Shown here: piece by piece, positions 53,070-64,000 of the stretch | Position numbering within the stretch: position 1 is the first letter of the stretch | Layout: every line of letters starts with the position of its first letter | Assembly (NCBI GenBank): GCA_034780895.1 | Contig: JAUZTB010000071.1 | Span: 14,313,467 to 14,377,466, forward strand | Reading direction: 5' to 3' | Origin: Rhynchobatus australiae | Lineage: Eukaryota | DNA length: 64,000 nucleotides | Made by a program: the position numbers and the translations under genes | Notes under the pieces: generated by a model | Database searches by the model: none | Told to the model about the DNA's origin: nothing | The model's input: the letters and a program-made list of their open reading frames with translations, nothing else

Positions 53070-53242
53070 CTGTCTTTCTGTAAGATCCAAGTTAACTGCT
53101 ATCTCATATCGCCTCAGTCTGGTCAGATAATTATGATGAGCAAATTCAGCCTCCAGTTCTCGAATCTGTTCTTTAGTGAATGCTGTCCTTTCTTTCCTGG
53201 CCTTGTTGTTGGACTCCGACTTGTAATTTGAATCTTGAGTTT
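53070..53242 (-). CDS. MEOX1: Mesenchyme homeobox (MEOX) exon 2, homeodomain helices 1-2 and start of helix 3; 173 nt, phase 1 to phase 0
   Basis: Translates (E)[57 protein letters not shown], the MEOX-specific homeodomain. Acceptor ttgtggcag| at 53243-53244 and donor CAG|gtaaat at 53068-53069 on the minus strand. MEOX family identity is near certain. MEOX1 rather than MEOX2 rests on KARKE here and GGQPISP in exon 3. Confidence 0.93.
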
Positions 53243-53659
53243 CTGCCACAAGTTATAACAGTGTATGGTTACAAATATTATCCATGCTTCCTTGAGTCCT
53301 GTGCTGTTTATGTATAAAATTCAACTTTGTAGATGTTAAAATGAGGTTCTCTCTGCTTGTTTCATTTATTAAGTAACAAAATTCAAAATAACAGCAGGAA
53401 ACCATCAGGGTCTCCTGGACAACATTCCACCCACAATTATCTTCACCACTGCAATATATAGGTTAATTGCAGTTTGTAAGATGGTATTAATATTTGTTTA
53501 CTCAACATCTCAACACTTCATAAGCAATGTGTTGCCTGAAATCTTTGAGACAATTTGATCTTATAAGGTGCTGAATCAATGGTTAAATTATTACTCGTAA
53601 TTGCAGGTTAAACAACATTACAAAGTTAATTTAATTTAATGGTTCAAATAACCACAGTA

Positions 53660-54040
53660 ATTGGCATTTATGCAGTGATCTTTTGCATCCTCAAGATGTC
53701 CCAAGGTATGTGAAAGTAAATGACTTATTTTTAAAGTACTGTCCTACTGAAAAATGGTGGCAGATTGTGCACAGTAGGCTCTCAAAAAACCTATAACCTA
53801 AAACTGCCACGACAATCCATTTGGAAACTGTTGGTTGAAGGATAAATATTACACTGCAGCTTGGGGAAAAATATACTTGCTCTTCTTCAAATGTTTTCAT
53901 GGGATTTTAAAGTATTTTGAATGAACATTATGAGAGCACCCTCTCTGTGGTGCTCTCATAATGTTCATTCAGAATACTGAACTCCAACAATTCAGCTGTA
54001 GAATGGAGCTCAAAGCCTCAAAACACAAAGATGAGAGTGA
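53660..54040 (-). mobile_element. Deu-domain SINE in MEOX1 intron 1, head-to-head with the next copy
   Basis: gcattttatgcag..tcaagatgtcccaagg..ttggttgaaggataaatatt..tgctcttcttcaaa. Confidence 0.7.
53911..53978. repeat. Near-perfect inverted repeat (30-bp arms, 8-nt loop)
   Basis: agtattttgaatgaacattatgagagcacc-ctctctgt-ggtgctctcataatgttcattcagaatact; 29 of 30 positions complementary. Confidence 0.95.
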
Positions 54041-54054
54041 GCAAATCTGTTACT

Positions 54055-54440
54055 TAAAGTGGCTCAATTGCTAATACTCAGTCAGAAAGTTGTGGGTTCA
54101 ATTTTGCTACCTCGGCTTAAGCACAAATTCTCAATGGATGCTCCTGTGCCATGCTGCGGATGTCCTGCATAGTTGGAGGTGCCATCTTTCAGATAGGAGA
54201 TGGCAAACCAATACACTATCAGTTGTGAATCTCATATAATGGCCTGAAGAAGTGCATAGTTGGTATGCCCATGGTCCTGCTCAATGTTTATTCCTCAACC
54301 TTACCAAAACAGATTATCTAATCATTATCACTGTTTGTGGGAACTCACTGTGTTCAAATTGGTGCTCCCTTCAATGTAAAAGTGAGTGCACTTTAAAAAA
54401 GCACATCACTGGCTGTAAGGCACTTGGGATGCCCTGGAAA
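54055..54440 (+). mobile_element. Deu-domain SINE with tRNA-like head
   Basis: gtggctcaattg..gttgtgggttcaa (A/B-box-like), ggaggtgccatctttcagat (Deu core), aaaacagattatctaatcattatcac. Confidence 0.75.
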
Positions 54441-55339
54441 AGATGGTGTTGAATAACCGAAGGTTGTTCTCTTATTAATCTGCAAGCATAATTTTATAAT
54501 AATTAATTTGACTAATGAATCAGATTAATCAGATTGGGTGAATCAGATTAAAATTGTTCCCATTGTTGGTTAACATGGAGATGAGCCTATTTTGGGGCAA
54601 TGTCTCCTGGCACTGAATTTCATGTCAGATGCTAATGGGTGTTGCTTGCTTCACTCAACAATGATTTCAGTGCTGAACCTGGTTACATATCAAATGATGT
54701 TCAGCAGTTGATTGCAATATGGGACTAATTTTTGAATTATGGTGCAATTAAGATTGGGATTGCTTTGGCAATAGTCCAGCACAGACATCATGGGCCAAAG
54801 GGCCATATTCTTGGATCTAAACATCTATGTGATTTTTATTTACTTTTTCCTATTTGCAATTAATGAGCAGATGGTAATATAATGACAGCAGTGGGAGAGC
54901 TCTGATTGCACCTACAAAAATAAAAGAGCAATGTCATTCTCATTATATATAAGATAGAAACAGAAGAACAATCTGAATTAATTTGGAGATCACATCCTTA
55001 GGAACAATCAATGTACTTCACAGCAACATAGCACTTTATTCAGAACCGAAGAAAATTTAAAGTTATGGTTCTTATAACATTTAAAATTATTTCACATTTA
55101 CTAATGGCTATGAAAACCTATCCCAATTTCTTAATGTGAGGGCAATTCCCCCATTATCCAAAGTTATTGATCTCCATTGCCAATACGTTCTAACTTTTTC
55201 TTTTCTGAAACATATATGGAAACATTTACTTGGCATCTGGCCATCTTGTNNNNNNNNNNNNNNTGGCTATTTGACTGTTGCCAGCTGTCGTCTTCATGAG
55301 GTCTATGCACCTTTCACCAGATCTTAATTTTACCCTTAA

Positions 55340-55545
55340 AACATAACAGAAATGCTAGAAATGCTCAGCAGGTCAGGCAGTATCAATGGAGAAAGAATCA
55401 ATTAACGTTTCAGGCCAATGCTCCTTCATCAGATCTTCAGTGCTGAAGAAAAGTAATTGACATGACACATTAACTCTGCTTCACTCTCCACAGATACTAC
55501 CTGATCTGCTGAATATCTAATACATTTTTTGCTTTTATTTCAGCA
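55340..55545. mobile_element. Short fold-back Penelope-like terminal element with an intact hammerhead-type core on the minus strand
   Basis: Arms ctcagcaggtcaggcagtatc..ggag / ctccacagatactacctgatctgctga. Minus-strand CTGATGA-AGG..CCT-GAAACGTT at 55404-55432. Confidence 0.75.
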
Positions 55546-55859
55546 TTTTTTTTGGCTTTTTGATGATTTTACCCTTTCCCAGACCAAGTGTGCTGAAACC
55601 AATTATTGTAACCCTGTCACCTTAGGCTTTAACTTGGATCAGTGAATTAAGCACAACCATAACCGAGGTTCTCCTGATCTGTAAGGAGTATCATCAAGCT
55701 GGAGAGTTTGCCTAGCTTTATTCATGTCTGAAAACTGCCTTGGCTCAACTTGAAGCACTCTTGCCCCTGACTCAGAGATCTGTGGAATCCACAAATCCTC
55801 GGAGATTTCAGCAGAAGTTCTAAGCAGACACTCCAACACAGTACTGAAGAACTGCTCCA

Positions 55860-56122
55860 CTGCCAGTTACATCTAATTTTTAAGGTGGTCATATTGTATC
55901 CGTATTCAGAGTTCTCCCTAATACCCTGGACAATGTACTTTACACAACGTCTATTACTAAAACATTATCTGGTCTTCAGCAGATTGCTGTTTGAGGGGCC
56001 TTGCTGAGATTGGTTGCACTGCACAACGACCACTTTCAAGAGGTTTTTTTCATTGGCTGTGCAATGCTTTGAGACATCCCATGGTCGTAAAAGGCAACAT
56101 AAAAATGCAACTTCCTTCTTTC
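55860..56122 (+). mobile_element. Deu-type SINE 3' half
   Basis: attatctggtc..ttcattggctgtgcaatgctttgagacatcc..aaatgcaacttccttcttt. Confidence 0.6.
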
Positions 56123-57779
56123 TTGCCAGCTGAAGATATACAAAGATGTTGGAGTTAAATGTTTAAATCCATAAAGCAGCAGGCTATTTGAAGTATAGCT
56201 TTAGTACTGTGGGCAAAAGCCAGAATCCCCAAATAAGGAGCAATCCATATAGTTCCATACTGCACAGAGCATGTGGAAGAATGGCATTGATTAAGGAAGG
56301 CATCTGTGTCCAGAAGGTGTAAAAACAATAGACTTGTAATGCCAAACGTAGCAAGGAAGAAATTTATCTTAATTGCGATGACCTCAATCATGGCAGCATT
56401 CCAAATGCCATCTGCTTTAAAAAAAAATCATGCTATTTCCTCCATCAGTCCTTTTTGAAATCCACACTCCAAGTTACACATCTCCAGCACAAATAAAAAA
56501 CAGAACTAAAAGGTGCAGCATGGCCCCGACGCACTGAACCATCAATATATTGACTCACTGACTTGTTACAGAGGAAATCCACCTTCAGAGCTGTAAGAGG
56601 TTTTATGGTAAGCGTTACTAAATCTCCCATATGGAAAAGGAACTCTGATTGCAACAATACAAACTTGGCAAGAACAGTACCAAGCGAAAGCCAGGCTTCC
56701 TCTTGAATTGGAATAGGAAAAAAATTGGACAATCATTCTTTTGTGGACGTGTGCACAAATGTAAATGTGACCACTTTCAGAAGGGCAATTAAACACACCA
56801 CATATTACATGTAATAGCACATACGCACGTACGTCCTTAATATTCTTAATGATTATGGGGGGCATGTATATGACTCTGGATGTAACACCTGATTACTAAT
56901 CTGCTCTAAATTTTACAAGCTAGAGGGAAACAGATCAGTCTATTGTCCCCTCACCCACCAATGATGAAAGGATAGAAATATAGAAACATAGGAGCAGATT
57001 CAGGCCATTCTGCCTTTCAATATGGTCATTACTGAACATCCATCTTAATACCAAACCCACTCCCTCTTCACACCCATGAAGCCCTTGTTGTCTGGATCAG
57101 GAACACTCACCGAGCCAAGAAACAGATGGAACATTCTTTGTTTCTCTCTCCACAGGCACTGCCTGATCTGTCAGGCACCCCCGGCATTTTCTGTTTCAAT
57201 TAGGGGTAAAATCATTCCCTCTCAAGATCTCCAGCTGGTGATCCCGGTGAAAGATACATGAGGTCAACACTGTCATCAGTCAAGAGCAAAGAGATAAGAT
57301 GAAAGAAGGCTACCAGGTCCCACGGTTCTGCTTCCATTTAGGATTCAGAAGGTGAAAAGTTAGAAAAAAGTTAAAATTGGAGGCTGAGGAAGAAAAAAAC
57401 AAGTCAAAAATTTAAAAGGATTCTACCTGCATAAAAGTCTTTATAAAGCAGAGATGGTGTGAGAGCTGATCTAGCTGGAGACAAAAATTCTATATGTTAG
57501 CAATTATGTCAATGTTACCATGTGTGGAAAGGAAACTGTATTATTTCCCAGGCTGACATTTTCAATTATTCGGTATAATGGACTGTCTTGTGAGTCTTTG
57601 TATAACTTGTCACAAGTACAGCAGAGGCTTTTTCCTAGGTGTTGCTCATTAATTGTAGCATAAGCCAAGCATCAAAGAAGAAAATGCCTTTAGACCTCTT
57701 CCTCCATTGAAGATAAATAAAAAGAATCTTGCTTAGCTGTAATTCATTTATTTTACTGAAATTAACCAAAATCCTCTTT

Positions 57780-57950
57780 TCCAGAAATCTACCTTCAAGG
57801 TGAACAAGATATCTGGATAAAAAGGGAATCAAGAGACATTAGGTTCTGGTGAGAATGTTGACTTGAGGTAGAGGAGCAGCTGTGATCCTATTGAATGGAG
57901 GAAGTAGTTCAAGGGGCCCTGTGACATAATCCTGCTTTTTTAATATTCCT
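57780..57950 (+). mobile_element. CR1 LINE 3' tail
   Basis: Similar to 48590-48712 (aagggaatcaagaga..cagctgtgatcctattgaatgg). Confidence 0.6.
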
Positions 57951-58369
57951 ACATATTGCAAATACTTTCCACTGAATGTTAGGCTTCAATGGTTGGTGAA
58001 ATTGGACAGCAACGATCAGAATCCTATCATCACATGAACTGCAGTAGGATACAACAGAAGCCCATCACCACCTCCAAAGAATGACCAGGAGATGGACATT
58101 GAAATGTACTTTGCCTTCATGCCCTTATCCCAGAAACAAATGGAACGAACGATCCAAAGTGCAGCTCCTACTACACCAACTCTAACCATGCTTTCGTTCA
58201 ACAACGTTCCTCAGGCCCCAACCCCAACTTCTAATGAGCACTTTCACTCTGCACCACAGTAACAAAATTTCCATACTGGCTGTCTTTTGTCTCTCTGAAT
58301 GGCATTTCCAATCAGCACCAGCATATAGATGCTTCTCTCATCGTCTTAGATTCAACTAGATTTGAACCC

Positions 58370-58415
58370 AAGTCCTCTGGGACAAAGTCCTCTGGGACAA
58401 AGTCCCCTGGGACAA
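58370..58415. repeat. 15-bp tandem repeat x3
   Basis: aagtcctctgggaca x2, then aagtcccctgggaca. Confidence 0.9.
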
Positions 58416-59197
58416 TCTCTGATCGAGATTGCTCATTAATACAATGGAACAGATTCTCAACTCTAATAGAGGTGTTGAGCTACTCATATTATAATATTTC
58501 CACCGAAACAGCAAGGAGAAAAAAATGCTGTGGACGCATTAATCTTCTAAATGACAACAAGGATGACAATTATTTCCAGGACTGTAGAGGGGAAATGATT
58601 TCCACAATGTCCATTAGCTCATGAATTGTTCTTCATTCCTTCAGATGCTAACAAGATACAATTATGAAAAGTCCAATCCTTTACCAATGGATATCAGTGG
58701 TCTGCTCCACCAGTCATATCTTACAAATAAAAGCATATAAACACCATGCAGTAAAAATTTACAATGTAAATGTACATCTGTCCTGAGGATGAACATAAAG
58801 TATTTCAAAGCATGAAATTCACAGCTAATCCAGGACAGTAGCCTATTAATANNNNNNNNNNTCCACAACATTTAAACTTGGATTAGGAAAATATTACACT
58901 TTTTTCACAGACTTGATCAGAAATTGTTACCAGATTACAAGTTCTGCAGTCCCACTGCCCTGTCAAATGTCATTTACTGAGACCGATTGCAAGCCATTAA
59001 TTCGATTTTGTTCCATGTGGTTACTTAGCCAGCAGTAGGACACACTTCTGTGGATCATTCACTTCCCTCTTGACATTTCTTCAGGTCAACGAGGATACCA
59101 CTTTAACTTGCATCCACAAAGCAGTGCTGATTCAGCAAGGAATGCAACCATTAACAGATAAATGCCACTCCAACAGAAATGGGCAATAATGAGGGAT

Positions 59198-59401
59198 GAG
59201 CAACACGCAAGATGCTGGAAGAAGTCAGTGGGTCAGGCAGCATTTATGGAGGGAAATAGACATCAATGTCATCTGATGAAGGGTCTCAATCCAAAACATT
59301 GGCTGTCCATTTCCCTCCATAGATGCTGTCTGACCCACTGAGTTCCTCCAGCATATCATGTGTTGCTCCAGATTCCAGTATTTACAGTCTCTTGTGTCTC
59401 C
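59198..59401. mobile_element. Short fold-back Penelope-like terminal element with a hammerhead-like core in the loop
   Basis: Arms gagcaacac..ggagggaaat / atttccctcc..gtgttgctc; loop ctgatgaagggtctcaatccaaaacatt at 59273-59300. Confidence 0.75.
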
Positions 59402-59599
59402 AGTTATGAGTGACAGTCCATTTTATATCCGATACCTGGCTCTCACCTCTAGTTACTGTAGAAAGGATTTGAATGAAGAAGTAAACCAAAACTGTGCAAA
59501 ATGCATTGCTAATTCCTGATCGCCAATTTGCCCAGGGTTAATATTACCCTCAGGACACGCCATGTATTATAACCTCAGATCTCTACCTTCAAGCAAGTA

Positions 59600-59842
59600 G
59601 AGATCCCACATCTCCATTTCGAAGAGCAACAGCACTGTTTTCCCTGGTGTTTTGGACAATATTTTTCCCTCAAACAACACCTAAAAACAGATTACCTGGT
59701 CATTATCGCATTGAGAACTTGCTGTCCTCGAATTAGCTGCAATGTTTCCTAATTACACTAGTGACTACACTTCAAAAGTATCTAATTGGCTGTGAAGTGC
59801 TCTGGGATGTACTGAGGTAAATGCAAACAAGTCCTTTCTTTT
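59600..59842 (+). mobile_element. Deu-type SINE 3' half
   Basis: tttcgaagagca..ggtgtttggacaatattt..aaaacagattacctggtcattatcgcatt..gtgactacacttcaaaagta. Confidence 0.75.
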
Positions 59843-62800
59843 TCAAAGAATCAAGTGGAAAATTCAAAAGCAGACAAAAAAGGTTATAATAATTACAATT
59901 TAATACCTAGAATAACTCAACTGCACAACATATAAACTTCCTCACTTCACTGTTTGCTGATCTTATTTCAGGAGCATTCTGCTAAAAAGTCATACAAAAA
60001 TACATCTGGAGAATGTGTATATTTATTGTAAGCTGTAAATATGAAGTACTATTGACTGACCAGAGTGACTTTCCACAAAATTCTTCAATCTCTCGGTCAG
60101 AATCAGTGGCTATTTTCGTCAGAAACTGAAAAGTTAATGGTCTAATCACAAGATGCAAGATCATCTGAAAATTCAAATACGAGGACTGCCAAAATGACCT
60201 ATTCTTTAGCATTGACTGAAATGAAATCTTCATTATCACGAAGGGATAATACTCACGATTAAACAACAAAAAAACTACAGATGCTGGAAATCGTGAATAA
60301 AAATGGAAAATGCTGGAAATAAAAGATCAGGCAGCATCGGGAGAGAAAGAAACAGAGTTAACTGTGCAGGGCGGTCTCCATTAACATTGTCACTCTCTCC
60401 ACAGATGGTCCCTGACCCAATGAGTACTGCAAACGTTTTTTGTTTTTATTCAGATTTTAGAACAAGAAGCACTTGCACTGGTTTCTCTCCTGAAGTCAGG
60501 GTTATGTAAAATTTACGATTCTGCAAAAGCTGTCCAGTCTGTATTGCAATTTATTTTTCATTTCAGCCCACTTCAAATGCCGCCAAATGTCTTTCCTCCC
60601 ATCCTAATCTATTTTTAAATGTTAAGATAATCTAATATTATGTTCAGCAGTGCATTCCACAGGCTAAATATTAAATGTAATCTTGTACTTCATTCTGTTG
60701 TATATTATGAATCTACACTTATAAATTTAACTCCATATGGAAATGTATGGCCTTTATGGAATGGGAGATTTTCTCAAAGATATCGCCATCAAATTCTTCT
60801 CAAGGGCAGCTTGCAATGATGTGGTCCATTGTTCAATCTGGTATCCTTTGTCCTTGGAAATAATCTAAATAATTTTTGTCCCATTTCTTCGTAATTTTAA
60901 ACATTTCATTTAGATGACCCTGATAGCCCCTCATTATAACATTACTCACTGCAATTTTTCCGTTAGTATTTCCTCAGGTCAAGCAACATCTTTGTAAATC
61001 TATGCTCCATTCTTTCCATTACTTCCACATCTTCCTCACAGTGTGAGGACCCAAACTGCATTCAGTGCTACAACTACGTTCTAATGTTGAATGAATGCTT
61101 TTTGCTCATTTAGAAATTATTAGCAAACTACACATCAGATTTAGCCACTTGCAATTATAACACAGCATTGCTGAGCTTTCCTCAGTGTTCACTCCACATA
61201 CTATCATCTATCAAGCCTTGCATGCACTTTAAGCAAACAGAATAGACCAGTTGTGCCAAATGATTTGTTTCTGTCCTGTAAAATTTATGTAATTCTGTCT
61301 GACTTGGGAGTGCCGACCTTGACTACAAAAGTTATAGATGGAAAATCATTTTCCAGCAACTTGGGTTCTCACCTTGATGCAAAAATGTCATGTTTTTATT
61401 CTAAAAAATGTAATTGAGGAAACAAAAGAGACAAAGCATTGACATATTGAAAGGCTAGTCTGCAACAATAGCACTTCCCCTGTACAATTAGTATCTCCTC
61501 TATTAATGTTGGCAGAGAGAGTTTCTCAGTTGCGTACAGCCAGGAAAGACTCAAATGAATTGATCCATAAACAAAGTGGATTGTGATTTATTATAACCCT
61601 CCTTGCCGGATTTTTATGTCATTGTCAGAACAAATGTAGTAAAAGTCACTCTTAAGACTTTACGCTATGAAACCCAAAGATGTCTTCATAATATATGGAA
61701 GTACTCCTGAAAGAAAAGTCCAGAGCAGTTTCTCCTGTTTCATCATCTAGCGGAAGTTAATGATAAAGGAGATGTGTTTTTTTAAAAGCCCATTTATGTC
61801 TAGATACAATGTAAACCATTCAAGTTAGATCAGATTATTATTTCAAGTCATCTTCTAATTAAGAATTTTCAAGTCTGCTGAGTTTTGTGTCTTGAGAAAT
61901 CGGGACACGTAACATTTCCAGATTGTGTCCAGGCAGAAGTTTCACTGAATATAAAGCCACGTAAGCAACAGATATTTTGCCGTGTGAAAGCTACACAGTT
62001 AAAACACAGTAAGTTTTTTATATTGGCATTGTAAGCAAAAAATATTACACTTGCGATGGTTTGAATGAGTATCGTGAAAACTTTTTGTAGGTTTTATTTT
62101 TAATTAACAACTACACTGCTTAGTCGATCCCACTGACATCCTGGTTAGTCTTTGTTTCTGAATCTGCATTAACTATTGAATTTGGTCAAAAACCAGTACC
62201 AATGAAAAAGTATTATTACTTCTGTTATCTGCCTAACTTTACAGATATTAGGGCCAATATAACTGCCATGTTTTGCTTCAAGCGCACACAGCTCAATTAT
62301 TCATATTTTCCCAGATCTGATGCTTTGTGCATATAATTCCATAAAATGTTTTCATCTGCTTTTGAGGGATCTGCTTGCACTTTCAGACAGTCACTTAATT
62401 AAAATATTTAACAAAACATTTGAATTCTGTTAGTACATTGACACTGGCTTCTTACTGTAATGAATCAATAGAAGAAATATTAACTAAAATAAATATGCTG
62501 ACAGTTGTCTATAAAGTACACAATATCTAAGAATCCCATCGGCTCTCCAAACCTTCCTACTAACCATATATCTAAAGAAAGTTTGGATTGGGTCCAAACA
62601 ATTTTATCCAGATGTTACACTGATTTTTAAATAAAAAGTCATTTTATTGTTAATAAACACATCACATGGATTACTTCAAGACATGTATTCAAGTATAATC
62701 CAATCAATAAGTATAATTGTTTTCATAAGTATTATGCCATTCAATTAACATAATTAGATCCTAAAATTAGAAGACACTTNNNNNNNNNNNNNNNNNNNNN

Positions 62801-63149
62801 NNNNNNNNNNNNNNNNNNNNNNNNNNNNNNNNNNNNNNNNNNNNNNNNNNNNNNNNNNNNNNNNNNNNNNNNNNNNNNNGAAAACCTGAATGGGCAACAG
62901 TTTTGCAGATCATTCATCCCACAAGCATGACGGATTCCAGATTAGAGAAGAATGAATAACATGATATTCAGATCAGCAATAAGTTGAATGCAATCCTTTG
63001 GAGAATGCATTTCTTCATGTGTTCACAAGACATAATTGCTGTTTACTTCTTTAAAAGTTTTAGAACAATTAACTTCATTTTGGGTTGTGATCAGATTATT
63101 TACTCACTTTTGCTGAAATAAACCTTGTTTTGTGTCAATATTCCTTAGA

Positions 63150-63493
63150 CATCCCCAGGAGCATGCCAATCTTTGCAAAGGATTCCCAGGACTGAAAAAA
63201 TATTTGCAAAGGATTCCCAAGAGTGTGTCAGTATTTTTAAAGGGACCCTGGAAAATGTCATTTTCTCAGAAGGTCCCAGGAGATGTTGTGAAACATTCGG
63301 GAAGGTGACCAATATTTGTTCAAGCTTCCTAGGGGTATATCATCACTTCTGGAGGGTTCTGGGAATATATCCATACTTGTAAGACCTCCCAGGGGGGTAT
63401 AAATATTTCTGGAACATTCCTATGGAGTGTGAATATTCTCAGAGGACCTCAGGAAGAGGTCAATATTGCAGAGAATCATGGGAATTTGTCAAT
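63150..63493. repeat. Degenerate 29-31-bp minisatellite (about 11 units)
   Basis: ccc(a/t)gg-type anchors at 63154, 63185, 63216, 63246 and 63275, with recurring caatatttgca. Confidence 0.7.
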
Positions 63494-64000
63494 ATTGGTA
63501 TTGGTATTGGTTTATTGTTGTCACGTGTACCAGGATACAGTGAAAGACTTTGTTTTGCATGCCATCCATACAGATCATTTCAAAATATAAGTACTTTGAG
63601 GCAGTACAAGGGATATAAGTAATAACAGAATGCAAAATATAGTTTTACAGTTACAGAAAAAGTGCAGTGTATATAGACAATAGGATGCTCGGGTCATGAT
63701 GAGGTAGATTGTGAGGTCAAGACTTCATTTTTATTGTACAAGTGGTCCTCTCAAGAGTCTTATATCAGTGGGATAGAAGCTGTCCTTGATCCTGGTGGTA
63801 CGTGCTTTCAATTTTTTTGTATCTTCTGCCCGATGGGAGGAGGGAGAAGAGAGAATGTCCGGGGTGGGTGGGGTCTTTGATTGTGTTGACTGTTTTCCCG
63901 AGGGCAGAGGGAAGTGTAGACAGATTCCACAGAGGGGAGGCTGGTTTCTGTGATATACTGAGCTGTGTCCACAATTCTCTGCAGTTTCTTACAATATTTG
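63494..64000 (-). mobile_element. Rex1/Babar-type LINE 3' end with (ATTGGT)n tail
   Basis: IKDPTHPGHSLFSLLPSGRRY motif on the minus strand; clear similarity to 47780-48270. Confidence 0.85.

Larger units (their letters stand above)
53243..64000 (-). other. MEOX1: MEOX1 intron 1 (partial, >10.7 kb; exon 1 presumed beyond the window)
   Basis: No MEOX N-terminal coding sequence recognised between exon 2 and the window end. Small N gaps limit certainty. Confidence 0.7.

Noticed and set aside
53049-53249. Track ORF treated as a stand-alone 66-aa protein
   Set aside because: It is exon 2 plus intronic flanks; splice sites delimit 53070-53242 and helix 3 continues at 49753.
54055-54110. tRNA-like A/B boxes (also near 20600-20660 and 39000-39075)
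   Set aside because: SINE heads continuing into SINE bodies; no complete cloverleaf.

Overview
AT-rich, repeat-rich vertebrate genomic DNA from a gapped scaffold with many N runs. The repeat complement (CR1, L2, Rex1/Babar-type LINEs, Deu-domain SINEs, V-SINE, Penelope-like termini) points to a cartilaginous fish, possibly a ray; this is inference. The only protein-coding gene I can support is a MEOX homeobox gene on the minus strand, most likely MEOX1: exon 2 at 53070-53242 and coding exon 3 at 49559-49753. Exon 1 lies beyond the right edge. The ~49 kb downstream of the gene contains no recognisable gene, only transposon relics, degenerate minisatellites and several enhancer-like unique islands. 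The most interesting signals are: (i) about ten copies of a Penelope-like terminal repeat carrying minimal hammerhead-ribozyme cores, repeatedly inserted as fold-back units, one with a target-site duplication and one as a 352-nt HHR-to-HHR tandem; (ii) a MEOX1 with MEOX2-like residues and a longer C-terminal tail; (iii) a near-perfect 30-bp intronic hairpin; (iv) a decayed Harbinger transposase just 3' of the gene. Repeat family names come from recalled consensus sequences, not a database search, and repeat boundaries are approximate.
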